Shown: piece after piece, positions 1 to 9,397 of the stretch
Layout of the letters: every line of letters starts with the position of its first letter
Position numbering within the stretch: position 1 is the first letter of the stretch
Assembly (NCBI GenBank): GCA_008080745.1
Contig: SHMX01000001.1
Span: 60,001 to 92,000, forward strand
Direction: 5' to 3'
Source: Candidatus Thorarchaeota archaeon
GTDB lineage: Archaea; Asgardarchaeota; Thorarchaeia; Thorarchaeales; Thorarchaeaceae
DNA: 32,000 nt
Translations under genes and position numbers: made by a program
The notes under the pieces: generated by a model
Told to the model about the DNA's origin: nothing
Database searches by the model: none
The model's input: the letters and a program-made list of their open reading frames with translations, nothing else

Positions 1-1
1 A

Positions 2-1375
2 GAAAAACTAGAAGACTCGCTGAGAACGCTCTGCCCCAAGGCTAAACTAACAGTCATGCAATCAAATGGCGGAACTATTCTATGTTCCGAAACTGAAGGT
101 AGAACAATTGGTTTAGCGATATCAGGTCTTGCGGGAGGAGTAATTGGAGGATGGAATATTGGAAGAAATTCCGGATATACTAAATCCATAACTTTGGATA
201 TGGGAGGAACTTCATGCGATATCAGTTCAGTAGTAGAAAAAATAATCGTAAGACCAGATAACGATGTGGAAGGACTTCCTATCCGTGTGCCAGCTGTTGA
301 TGTAAAAACAATCGGAGCAGGTGGAGGAAGTATAGCTTGGATTGATGAAATCGGAGTATTGCATGTGGGTCCACAGAGCGCTGGAGCTGAACCGGGACCT
401 GCAGCATATGGCAAAGGGGGAGAAAAAGCTACTGTTACTGACGCGAATCTATTACTTGGAAGGCTTAATCCACATAATTTTCTGGGTGGACGTGTTCCAT
501 TAGATGTTGTATCTTCAAGAGATGCCATCAAAAGGATAGCAGAATCACTCTCCCTATCAATTGAAAGAGCAGCATTAGGAATCATCAAAATTTCTACAAC
601 CAATATGGTACAAGCAATTCGAGAAGTGACAGTTGAACGAGGTCATGATCCTAGAACATTCACCCTCATACCGTTTGGAGGGGCAGGTCCAACACAGTCC
701 TGCGAGATTGCGGAGGTACTAGGAATCAACCAGGTGCTAGTACCACCGTATCCAGGAATAACTTCAGCATATGGTCTGATCGTGGCCGATTTTCGTGTTG
801 ATACCATGAAGTCAGTAATGCTAACTGGGAAAAAAGAGGACGAAAAAATAATACAGGCTGTATTTGTAGAATTGAAGCAGAAAACCATTACGAGGTTGGT
901 AAAACAGGGAGTAGATGAAAACTCGGTCAGGTTTGAGTTGGGTATTGATATGCGATATGCAGGTCAGTCTCATGAACTTGCTGTAGCTGTTTCTGATAAC
1001 TCAACTGATTACCTCACATCATCGAGAGAATTATTTGAGAGAATACACGAACAGGAGTTTGGATATAGATTACCTGATAGAGAGATAGAATGGGTTACTG
1101 TGAGAGTGGTAGGTGTTGCGCCTCAACTGGGGATTTCAAAAACAGAAATATCTCAAAGAAAAATAAAACAAAATATCCATAAACGAACTGTCATCATGCC
1201 GGATGGAAAGGAATATTCTACCAGAATATTTCAACGAGAGGGTCTCCAAGAGGGAGAAGTAATAGAGGGGCCAGCAATTGTGGAACAGTTAGACACGACA
1301 ATTGTTATTCCACCAAGTTGGAGAGCCATCCAACAAAAAAATGGTACCATGATCATCAGGAGGTTATCCACTTGA
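2..1375 (+). CDS. Hydantoinase/oxoprolinase family subunit A (HyuA/OplA-like), 5'-truncated by the window edge
   Basis: The frame is open from position 2 (EKLEDSLRTLCPKAKLTV) into the called ORF at 56. Family motifs: MQSNGG, DMGGTSCD, IGAGGGSIA, GPQSAGAEPGP, TVTDAN, FGGAGP, DMRYxGQ and C-terminal GPAIVEQ. Confidence 0.93.
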   Translation, partial: EKLEDSLRTLCPKAKLTVMQSNGGTILCSETEGRTIGLAISGLAGGVIGGWNIGRNSGYTKSITLDMGGTSCDISSVVEKIIVRPDNDVEGLPIRVPAVDVKTIGAGGGSIAWIDEIGVLHVGPQSAGAEPGPAAYGKGGEKATVTDANLLLGRLNPHNFLGGRVPLDVVSSRDAIKRIAESLSLSIERAALGIIKISTTNMVQAIREVTVERGHDPRTFTLIPFGGAGPTQSCEIAEVLGINQVLVPPYPGITSAYGLIVADFRVDTMKSVMLTGKKEDEKIIQAVFVELKQKTITRLVKQGVDENSVRFELGIDMRYAGQSHELAVAVSDNSTDYLTSSRELFERIHEQEFGYRLPDREIEWVTVRVVGVAPQLGISKTEISQRKIKQNIHKRTVIMPDGKEYSTRIFQREGLQEGEVIEGPAIVEQLDTTIVIPPSWRAIQQKNGTMIIRRLST

Positions 1376-2952
1376 TTGATGATCCAATACTCTTTGAAGT
1401 AATTAAGAATTCATTAATATCATCATCCAGAGAGATGAGTCAAGCACTGAGGAGAACAGCATTTAGTCCAAATATCAAAGAGAGACGTGATTGTAGTTGT
1501 GCAATATTCGATACAACAGGTAGACTTGTTGCTCAATCTAAGGACATTCCAGTTCATCTTGGTGCAATGCCAATGTCCGTAAAGGCATGCATTGAACAAT
1601 TGGGAGAGGAAATGGTGGAAGACACCATGGCACTGCTAAATGATCCCTTTAGTGGAGGGTCACATCTACCGGATCTGACATTAGTTTCCCCGGTGTTTCA
1701 TAGGAACGAAAGAGTTGCATTTACAGCGAATCGAGCTCATCATGCAGATGTTGGTGGAATCAGTCCAGGTTCTATGCCAGGTATGGCAACATCCATTGAC
1801 GAGGAGGGCGTTCTCATAAAACCTAGGATTATCGTAAGAGATGGAAAATTAGTGAAGGAAACAATAGAAGATCTTCTTGATAGTACTAGAACCCCGAACG
1901 AACGACTTGGAGACCTATCAGCTCAGATTGCTGCAAATATTGTTGGAGGCAGAAGATTACAAGAAGTTGCAAAAAATCATGGCTGGGATATAGTTACTAG
2001 AACTTTCTATGAACTAAGAGATTATTCTGCTCAGATGATGAAAAATGCTATTTCAGAACTTGAAGGTAAGGATTCCGAATTTGTTGATTTCATGGATAGT
2101 GATGGTGTCGGTAATTGGCGTATTCCTATCAAGATAAAGATAAAATTTGAACACAAAGTCATCAGTGTTGATTTTGAAGGAACAGCCAGTCAGGTACTGG
2201 GAAATATTAATTGCCCTCTAGCATCCACATTATCATCAATATACTATGTTTTCATCACAATCTTTGGTACAGGAATTCCAACTAATGAAGGATGCTGGAG
2301 TATTCTGGATGTTAGAGTACCCATAGGATCATTACTTAATCCACAATATCCTGCACCAGTTTCCGCGGGAAATGTAGAAACCTCTCAGAGAATTGTTGAT
2401 GTGGCTCTTGGAGCTCTAGCAGATATTATACCAAATCGTATTCCGGCCTGTAGTCAAGGGACTATGAATAACCTGACCATTGGTGGGATTGATTACCGAA
2501 CAGGCAAACCATTTTCATTCTATGAAACTATTGGTGGTGGGGCTGGAGCAATCAAAGGTGCAAATGGTGCGAGTGGTATTCAAGTACACATGACAAATAC
2601 ATTAAACACACCAATTGAGGCTTTAGAGATAGCCTATCCTCTGTGTATCAGGGCGTATAAAATAAGACAGAATAGTGGAGGCTTAGGAAGATGGAATGGT
2701 GGAGAGGGAATAGTTCGAGAAATCGAAATACTAGCAGATGATTGTGAAGTATCAATACAGTCCGAGAGAAGATATCTGCAGCCATGGGGATTACAAGGTG
2801 GTATGCCTGGAAAAGCGGGATTGAATGAATTGGAATATCAGAAAACCAAACGAAAACTAGAGGCTAAGACCACCATCAAGACACTCGCAGGAACTATAAT
2901 TCGCATAGAAACCCCCGGAGGAGGTGGATGGGGAATCCCATCCAAAATCTAA
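1372..2952 (+). CDS. Hydantoinase B/oxoprolinase family subunit (HyuB/OplB-like)
   Basis: Motifs SPNIKERRDCS, PVHLG, NDPFxGGSHLPD, HHADVGG, GNVETSQR, HMTNTLNTPIE, TPGGGGWG. Start moved from 1318 to TTG at 1372, which follows AGGAGGT (1358-1364) and overlaps the subunit A stop (TTGA). Confidence 0.93.
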   Translation: MIDDPILFEVIKNSLISSSREMSQALRRTAFSPNIKERRDCSCAIFDTTGRLVAQSKDIPVHLGAMPMSVKACIEQLGEEMVEDTMALLNDPFSGGSHLPDLTLVSPVFHRNERVAFTANRAHHADVGGISPGSMPGMATSIDEEGVLIKPRIIVRDGKLVKETIEDLLDSTRTPNERLGDLSAQIAANIVGGRRLQEVAKNHGWDIVTRTFYELRDYSAQMMKNAISELEGKDSEFVDFMDSDGVGNWRIPIKIKIKFEHKVISVDFEGTASQVLGNINCPLASTLSSIYYVFITIFGTGIPTNEGCWSILDVRVPIGSLLNPQYPAPVSAGNVETSQRIVDVALGALADIIPNRIPACSQGTMNNLTIGGIDYRTGKPFSFYETIGGGAGAIKGANGASGIQVHMTNTLNTPIEALEIAYPLCIRAYKIRQNSGGLGRWNGGEGIVREIEILADDCEVSIQSERRYLQPWGLQGGMPGKAGLNELEYQKTKRKLEAKTTIKTLAGTIIRIETPGGGGWGIPSKI

Positions 2953-2955
2953 ATC

Positions 2956-3705
2956 CTATACATCAAGACCGACGTCTTCGTTGACAGCATTAATTCGGAG
3001 TGTTTTTTTATCCTCTCCAACTGCAATCCGAACATACCAAACAGGTACATAGAAGCCCATTAGTTTCTTGAAGGTGACCTGGTTTTCCACCACTCTTTTT
3101 GCACCTTTTGGACGTTTCTTAGCAGTTTTGCTTACCTGTCTAATTACTTTGTCAATAGAATTGGCCTTCCCAGAGGCTACCTTTGCCTTCCGAATCCATG
3201 CAGGGGTGGCCTTCTTCTTACCAGGACCGGTAAGAAGGCTTTCCATCTGATTGGCCAGTCCTCCCGTTCTTCCATCGACAATCATACTATCAGTACGTTT
3301 CAGTTCATACAATTCAACTATTGGAAGCTTTAGAGCCTTTCCAGGAACTGTTTTGCCTTTGTTTGGTTTCAGTATTTCACCACCCACAAGAGCTCCCTTC
3401 ACATGGTCATTTACACTGAGCTCTTCTTTTCGGATACTGAGATACTGTAGCTCCCAAACGAGATCATAGATACAATAAAATTCGTACTTGATTTTTGGTT
3501 TGCTGACTGAGAGGTCACTAGCAGATACTCCAAATATGCTTGCTCCCTCCTTTTCAGCGATTTCTTTAGCCTCTTCAAGTTTTACTTTTTCCTTGAAGTA
3601 ATACGTCTTCTGTTTCTTGTCATCCACTTCCAACTTGGCGTGTGCACCAGTTGTTTTGAAAGATGAAACAGTAAGACCGGCTTTCTTCCTAGATTTTTTT
3701 GCCAT
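2956..3705 (-). CDS. Hypothetical Lys-rich protein (about 249 aa)
   Basis: Long ORF with protein-like composition. The ATG at 3705 (MAKKSRKK) is preferred over 3738. It lies downstream of gltX on the same strand. No family recognised. Confidence 0.7.
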   Translation of the reverse strand: MAKKSRKKAGLTVSSFKTTGAHAKLEVDDKKQKTYYFKEKVKLEEAKEIAEKEGASIFGVSASDLSVSKPKIKYEFYCIYDLVWELQYLSIRKEELSVNDHVKGALVGGEILKPNKGKTVPGKALKLPIVELYELKRTDSMIVDGRTGGLANQMESLLTGPGKKKATPAWIRKAKVASGKANSIDKVIRQVSKTAKKRPKGAKRVVENQVTFKKLMGFYVPVWYVRIAVGEDKKTLRINAVNEDVGLDV

Positions 3706-3782
3706 TTGGGCACACCGAAGAAATATTCGGAGCTTCACCTTATATGTTCTATTTACATGAATTATGACTACAAATATTCCTA

Positions 3783-5516
3783 CTAGTGTGCAAATGCTAG
3801 CTTTATACCGTCATCAGTAGAATATATCTTAACAAATCCAACTCGCTCAAATTGGAGAAAGGTTCCAGATTTCATATCTTTGATACCTGACTCTGCAAGA
3901 CCAGTAATAACTTCGCCATCAATCATAGTCATCTCAACTGGGACACAATCATGTTTAGGAATCCAATGAATCATTCTTCCTCCAGCATCACGAACATCAT
4001 CAACATCCCTACTTTGAAATATAAGAGCGGGACTCTTACCCTTTTCAAGAACGAAATTAGCAAGATCCTTCAACCGTACGAGTTCTTTAGCGTCAAGCTT
4101 TTCATAGTCACGTTCTGAAATGCCAACTTCAATTAGACTGTTCTCAGGGTTGGGGACCAATTCAATTTTCCGTACTCCTCTTTCAGGAAAGTCCGGATGC
4201 ACAGGGGCTTCACCATATGTAATCTCAGGAGGAAGTCTCTGAAGTGTGGTCCACACGGGATTTTGTACAAAGAAAAGACGAGGGGCATCTGCATCTCTGA
4301 GACTACGATTCTCGGAATACACAGCCTTCATAGAGATAGCAATATCCACCAGACTCAGTCCTAGATCAAGCATTGCTTTTCTGACGGCATCTGGATGAAT
4401 ACCTCTCCTTTCGAGAGATTGAAGACTCCAAGTTCGAGGGTCATTCCATCCAGTGTATGTTCCCTCTTGTACCTCTTTCCGAGATTTGCTTTTACTTAGT
4501 GTGGCATCTTGAAATTTCAAACGACCATAGTAAATTAATTCTGGATGCTGCCATCCATAGATATTCCAGATGTGTTGTTCAATCTTTCCTTCCTTCACCA
4601 GGTCTTTTCCACGGATAATATGACTAATTCCCAATTCGTGGTCATCAATACCCCAAGAATACTCCAATAGAGGCCACACACGATATTTTGACCCGACGCG
4701 TGGATGATCCGTTTCAGATATCCTCAGTATAACATGGTCTCTCATAGCAGGATCGGGATCATTCATGCCAGTCTTTAATCGAACAGCAGCTTCTTTTTCT
4801 TCATACGTTCCATCTAGCATCCTTTCCCATCTTGCCAGATTCTCTTCAACAGATAAGCTACGACATACACAAGGAATCATTTTGACTTTATGCTCATTTC
4901 TCCACAGAGCAGCATCACAATCACAAACATAGGCCTCTTCTAGCTTAATCAGGTCTACAGCATATTTGTAGAAAAGATCGAGTCTATCCGATTTATAGAC
5001 AGTTTTGTGATAGTCAACACCTAGATAATCGAGTCCTTCGGGTATGAGATCAAACGCATCTGGTTCAACCTGTTTCTCAGCCGAACCAATAGTATCATCG
5101 AAAACAAGAATCAATTCTCCATCGTATCGTTTTACATAGTAGTCGTTTAGTACAACCATCCTCGCATTTCCAATATGCAGAGGACCAGATGGGAACGGAG
5201 CTAAACGCATGACTATTTTATCCCATTTATCGTCATTAGGAAGAGGGGGCATTTCCTTCTTTTCTGGTTCGGATTCCTCTTGTTCTAGAAGTTCAGGAGC
5301 TATCTTTTTGAGTTCACGAATTTGTGCATCAAGACCCATTTCTTCAATCTCTACAACTAAGACTTGCACAATATCTTTGACTTCTTTCGCGCGAGGACGT
5401 AAATCTGCTCTGGTGCCCAGCAAAGCGGCCATGACCGATTTAACAGACGGTTTCCCTTCGTACTTTACAGCATTTTCAAGGACAACTTTTCGAACTTCGA
5501 ATTCAAGATCACTCAA
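3783..5516 (-). CDS. gltX: Glutamate--tRNA ligase, archaeal/eukaryotic type
   Basis: RLAPFPSGPLHIGN (HIGH motif), FDDT, YVCDC..CVCR, HIIRGKDL, KMSKS-like TLSKSK, GWNDPR, and a beta-barrel anticodon domain ending FLQFERVGF. TTG start with GGTGGAG upstream (5527-5533, minus strand). Confidence 0.97.
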   Translation of the reverse strand: MSDLEFEVRKVVLENAVKYEGKPSVKSVMAALLGTRADLRPRAKEVKDIVQVLVVEIEEMGLDAQIRELKKIAPELLEQEESEPEKKEMPPLPNDDKWDKIVMRLAPFPSGPLHIGNARMVVLNDYYVKRYDGELILVFDDTIGSAEKQVEPDAFDLIPEGLDYLGVDYHKTVYKSDRLDLFYKYAVDLIKLEEAYVCDCDAALWRNEHKVKMIPCVCRSLSVEENLARWERMLDGTYEEKEAAVRLKTGMNDPDPAMRDHVILRISETDHPRVGSKYRVWPLLEYSWGIDDHELGISHIIRGKDLVKEGKIEQHIWNIYGWQHPELIYYGRLKFQDATLSKSKSRKEVQEGTYTGWNDPRTWSLQSLERRGIHPDAVRKAMLDLGLSLVDIAISMKAVYSENRSLRDADAPRLFFVQNPVWTTLQRLPPEITYGEAPVHPDFPERGVRKIELVPNPENSLIEVGISERDYEKLDAKELVRLKDLANFVLEKGKSPALIFQSRDVDDVRDAGGRMIHWIPKHDCVPVEMTMIDGEVITGLAESGIKDMKSGTFLQFERVGFVKIYSTDDGIKLAFAH

Positions 5517-5668
5517 TCATATTCAGCTCCACCATTTCTACCTCTGGATATAATATAACGATTGCTAGATATACATGCATAAAAAGCACAAAGATATTTT
5601 ACCTTAGAGAGACGCTTATTTACCGTTAACAAAAGCCCGGAAGCTATCAAAAACAAAGGTGTTAAAGC

Positions 5669-5971
5669 ATGTCAGAGCTAAAATGTTGCAAAAAATGTGG
5701 TGCGTATCTAACTTGTGATCATAAGGGCGAATGCTGTATAGAATGTCAATATTTCGACCCCATTGATAGAACATGTCTTGCAGTACATCGTAAGAAGGTC
5801 AAGAAGCCCAACAGCTCTGATGAGGAAGATGAATTTGAGTTAGAAGAGGAAGTCGATCCAGACACCTTTCTTTTCGAAGATGATGACCTTGACGAGGAGG
5901 AAGATGACTTCCTTGATGAGGAAGATGAAGATGAGGATGATATCTTCGAGTTAGATGATGAAGATTGGTAA
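5669..5971 (+). CDS. Small Cys-rich (putative Zn-binding) protein with a long acidic C-terminal tail
   Basis: Eight Cys in the first 36 aa (CCxxC, C, CCxxC, C), then a basic patch RKKVKK, then an Asp/Glu-dominated tail ending DDEDW. Divergent from gltX and followed by a hairpin. Confidence 0.8.
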   Translation: MSELKCCKKCGAYLTCDHKGECCIECQYFDPIDRTCLAVHRKKVKKPNSSDEEDEFELEEEVDPDTFLFEDDDLDEEEDDFLDEEDEDEDDIFELDDEDW

Positions 5972-6000
5972 TGTCATTTACCGTTCAGATTAAAGTGAAA

Positions 6001-6034
6001 TACAGAAGATGCATCAGTTGATACATCTTCTGTA
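6001..6034. terminator. Stem-loop between convergent genes, probably a bidirectional terminator or 3'-end stabilising hairpin
   Basis: TACAGAAGATG (6001-6011) pairs with CATCTTCTGTA (6024-6034). After one mismatch the stem continues (ATC/GAT) and closes a 4-nt AGTT loop. Confidence 0.65.
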
Positions 6035-6061
6035 CAAGTACACGATAACCAGATAATTATT

Positions 6062-6844
6062 TCATGTGGGAGCTGGCAGATTATAGAAATACAAACCGAG
6101 TAGAGCTAATGCCAACATAACCAAAAGTGTAGCATTTCCTACTAACCATCCTCGAGCTCTTTTCTTTGAGATGTAAATAGGTCCTAGTCGTTTTAATCCA
6201 GTGGGTGCTTGATCAGTTGGATTAGCAGCCCGCCAGAGAATCTCCAAAGGACTAGCATCACTGGGAAATATATCCAAGTAGAGATGGGACGCATAACCAA
6301 TTAGAAATAGAGCAGCAATGTAATATTCAATGTGTGCTCCAACACTAAATGTAGTTGAAGTAGCTATGTTTATAGCTGCATTTAGAACAGTAGTCATTAC
6401 GATAATAAATGGCAATAGAAATGAGTGAAATATGACATTTCTATGACGGGATATTCCCAGAAGAGGAATGTCCCAATCAGGCATAAGTGCTCCCACTACA
6501 GTCATCAAAGCACCCATGAAAATGGATATGTTACCCACGATAGGAACACCAGAGATCCATTGATAGATTATTGTCCCCCCTAAAGAACCAAAACAGAAAG
6601 CGATGAAAGTCATTGCTCCCACAGCACCACGATTGCTTGTTGTCCGAGCACGCATACCCTTGTGGGGTGCCTTATAGTATAGAACAGGCACCAGTAAAGT
6701 AGCAACTATCCCACCCGCTAAGAAATAAGAGAGCATATCAAGAAGGGTGCCGAAGTCAGATTGCCAAACACTAAATGCGTATATCAACGAATAAATTGCA
6801 AAGAACAATGAGAAAGCAAAGAGCATATGAGAAAGTTTGTTCAT
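6062..6844 (-). CDS. Membrane-bound metal-dependent hydrolase (YdjM/DUF457-like)
   Basis: Multiple hydrophobic segments plus the family motifs N-terminal SH, GALMPDWD, RHRNVIFHS and GYASHLYLD. Confidence 0.82.
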   Translation of the reverse strand: MNKLSHMLFAFSLFFAIYSLIYAFSVWQSDFGTLLDMLSYFLAGGIVATLLVPVLYYKAPHKGMRARTTSNRGAVGAMTFIAFCFGSLGGTIIYQWISGVPIVGNISIFMGALMTVVGALMPDWDIPLLGISRHRNVIFHSFLLPFIIVMTTVLNAAINIATSTTFSVGAHIEYYIAALFLIGYASHLYLDIFPSDASPLEILWRAANPTDQAPTGLKRLGPIYISKKRARGWLVGNATLLVMLALALLGLYFYNLPAPT

Positions 6845-6909
6845 AAATTGTCATTCCCCTGATGTTGGTGCTTTACACCAAACTAGAAAATTAGATGCAT
6901 TAGAGGACT

Positions 6910-9255
6910 TTATTTCTTTCCCCGAAGTCCTGGAAACCAGTAAATTGTGGACCGAGCATAGCTCTTCTGAAGCTTAGCCACCCCTTTTGAAACCAACAAA
7001 TCGAAAGTATTTCTTGCTCGTTCTTCGGTCCATTTGAGATGAACCACAACATCTTCTATTGTGAGCTTTCCATTCTTTTTTGCGGCAAGACCCAATAAAT
7101 CACGAGGATCATGAGTCAGTGCAACTGGAATGAATTGCACAACTCTTGTGCCTTCTTCAAGGGTGGTCAATCCATCAACCAAGCCTTCCTTCGACATTGA
7201 TGATAGAATATCTTCAACCTCGTCGGTATTTGTGTTCCAACCCAATTCATCCAGCCGTATCAATAATTCTGAGAACAACATGATTCCACCAAAATGCCGC
7301 GATTCATCAGCTATACGAAGAATATCCCTTTGCATTCCATCTATCCGATCATCACGTTTCAATAATCTTCTAACCATACCCTTTTTGCTCAGAGCTTCAG
7401 AAATCCAGGATTCGGGGTCATATCCCAACTCACTCAATAGCTCAACCAGTGCGCTTCGGTAAGCTGGAATCGAAAGTAACATCTCTCCTTGTTTCTCAAA
7501 AATTTCTAGTAGCTTTGTTCGAATCCCTTCAATTCGTTCAGCTTTAGCTACTAATTGATCAAGTGAGTGATCCAGTCGGTCTTCCCTGCTAAGTTCTGAA
7601 AGTACAACAGGAATAACGACATTACTTGTTGATTTTATAGTAAATTCAAGAGTCTTCTCTTGATAACCCGCTGCGCTAATCGCTCCTTCATAATGGCTCA
7701 TCGGTAGAGAGAGTTGAATTCCACCCCTTCTATCAGATTCCATAGTAAGAGCGCCAAGCTCGAGCACTGCAGCTTCAATTGCTTTGCCAGATTCGTCACA
7801 AATGTGGAATTTGACCTTACAAAGCTCATCGGATTCAGCAGTAATCGCGCCTTCAGTAACGTACTGCTCGAGGGGGGAGATTTCAGGGAAGCGACTAAGA
7901 ATATCATCCAAATCAGATAGTCTTGATTCTTTTACGAGCCCATCAGCTAAAAGTGATTTTCCCCCCTCACGAATAAGCCTTCGAGTGTGTGCTAGTGAGA
8001 GGATATTGTTCTCTTTCGCATGATAACGAATGGACTTTCGTAATCCGATATCCCCAGATATCCTTGTTTCAATCATATCAAGAAGAATGCGATAATAATC
8101 TGAAGCCGGAAATAGGGGATAAACAAAATCCTTTCTCAGACCCACACGTTCATCACTGTTTTTCAAACGAGACGGAGGATAAATAACCAAATGCATTTGC
8201 CCCTTCTTTGAATAACCAACTGCATAGAATGGTAACATGAAATACACACCAGTAGTAGGTATGTCACTACTGCTTGTAGAAATAAGCACATGATCAAATG
8301 AGGTACGAGTATTTTGAAGATGTTTAAGGACCTGTGTAGCCAAATCTGTGAAAGTCTCAATCTTCGAGGAAATATTTCTTGAAACTTCTTTGAGTTCCTT
8401 CATCATCGAATCGCGTCGAGCGAGGTCTCGTTCCAGGGCCTTTTTTCGAGCATTGCGGGTCCTTTTTAGTTGGTCTGTGTCACCAATACCAGAGGTCAGT
8501 TTGGATTCGACCCCTTCAATCTCTCGTTGTAAGATGTCAATCCTTTGATTCAAACGTTCAATTATTGGTAGGTATTGTTCCTCCAACCGTGAAAGTAGTA
8601 CCTGATATCTATTTTCCAAAGTCTGTAATATATCTTGGATATGTGACTGTGCAGAATCAACAAGTGTAAGTGTATTGCTAATCTTATCACTATATGATTG
8701 GAGTGTGTTCTGATCGAGAACCGAAGGAAAAGCGAAAGCATACCGTTCTGGTTTGGAGTGATAAGGCCAGTCCAACTGAGTTGAAATGGCTTCTGCAACT
8801 TTTCCAGATACAAGTCCTGGAAAATCAATAGGCTCTGAACTCATGATCGATTGAAATTCTATTTGAATAGAATTAATAGTTTCAGAGAGAGCATCAATTG
8901 TTAGCGCGCGATTCATGGACGTCTTGAAAGCCTTAAAGTCAACTGATGGATATACTGGTATTGACGTAGCAGAAATCCCTATTTGTTCAATCAATGTAAA
9001 ACAGTTCGCTGTCGGAGATTTTATTACAAAAACTGGTAGATACAGTTTAATGAAGAACTCCAAATCCATGCCATTTCGGTCATCAATTGCATTTAGAAGA
9101 ATAGAAGATAGGACATAGTCTTCAGGAACTGCTTGTTCCATTATAGATCCTCCAGCAAGCTGTAAACTTTTTGCGGCTGATACAGGAACTATGTAGTCGA
9201 AAGTTTCGGAGTCCATATGAATGCCCATCTTGAAATATGGTGGAATGCTTTTCAT
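6910..9255 (-). CDS. Multidomain protein: unknown N-terminal domain with coiled-coil insert + carboxypeptidase-regulatory-like/PEGA beta-sandwich + C-terminal ESCRT-II Vps22/SNF8 (EAP30/Vps36 family) tandem winged helix
   Basis: The C-terminus (about 6913-7590), VQFIPVALTHDPRDLLGLAAKKNGKLTIEDVVVHLKWTEERARNTFDLLVSKG...YWFPGL, follows the SNF8 pattern (VPxEL..D...LxLA...GxVT..E....LxWxxERA..xLxxL...G...YWxP). The beta-sandwich CKVKFHICDESGKAIEAA...SDRRG...ISAAGYQE spans about 7594-7821. A heptad-rich stretch spans about 8300-8700. Confidence 0.8.
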   Translation of the reverse strand: MKSIPPYFKMGIHMDSETFDYIVPVSAAKSLQLAGGSIMEQAVPEDYVLSSILLNAIDDRNGMDLEFFIKLYLPVFVIKSPTANCFTLIEQIGISATSIPVYPSVDFKAFKTSMNRALTIDALSETINSIQIEFQSIMSSEPIDFPGLVSGKVAEAISTQLDWPYHSKPERYAFAFPSVLDQNTLQSYSDKISNTLTLVDSAQSHIQDILQTLENRYQVLLSRLEEQYLPIIERLNQRIDILQREIEGVESKLTSGIGDTDQLKRTRNARKKALERDLARRDSMMKELKEVSRNISSKIETFTDLATQVLKHLQNTRTSFDHVLISTSSSDIPTTGVYFMLPFYAVGYSKKGQMHLVIYPPSRLKNSDERVGLRKDFVYPLFPASDYYRILLDMIETRISGDIGLRKSIRYHAKENNILSLAHTRRLIREGGKSLLADGLVKESRLSDLDDILSRFPEISPLEQYVTEGAITAESDELCKVKFHICDESGKAIEAAVLELGALTMESDRRGGIQLSLPMSHYEGAISAAGYQEKTLEFTIKSTSNVVIPVVLSELSREDRLDHSLDQLVAKAERIEGIRTKLLEIFEKQGEMLLSIPAYRSALVELLSELGYDPESWISEALSKKGMVRRLLKRDDRIDGMQRDILRIADESRHFGGIMLFSELLIRLDELGWNTNTDEVEDILSSMSKEGLVDGLTTLEEGTRVVQFIPVALTHDPRDLLGLAAKKNGKLTIEDVVVHLKWTEERARNTFDLLVSKGVAKLQKSYARSTIYWFPGLRGKK

Positions 9256-9397
9256 ACTTTCTAGGTGTGCATTAGAATGAGAGGATTATAGAAAATGAAA
9301 AATAATTCGAATAAGATTTCATTATCAATCATATAAATAGGTAGATAAGAGTCAAACATTTATGCGAGAATGTTAATCGAACGATAGGGGCTTTTCA

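Noticed and set aside
5509-5520. Mini-ORF ATG-ATT-GAG-TGA (Met-Ile-Glu) overlapping the gltX TTG start, considered as a Glu-sensing uORF
   Set aside because: One Glu codon in a 12-nt AT-rich stretch is easily chance; no supporting structure.
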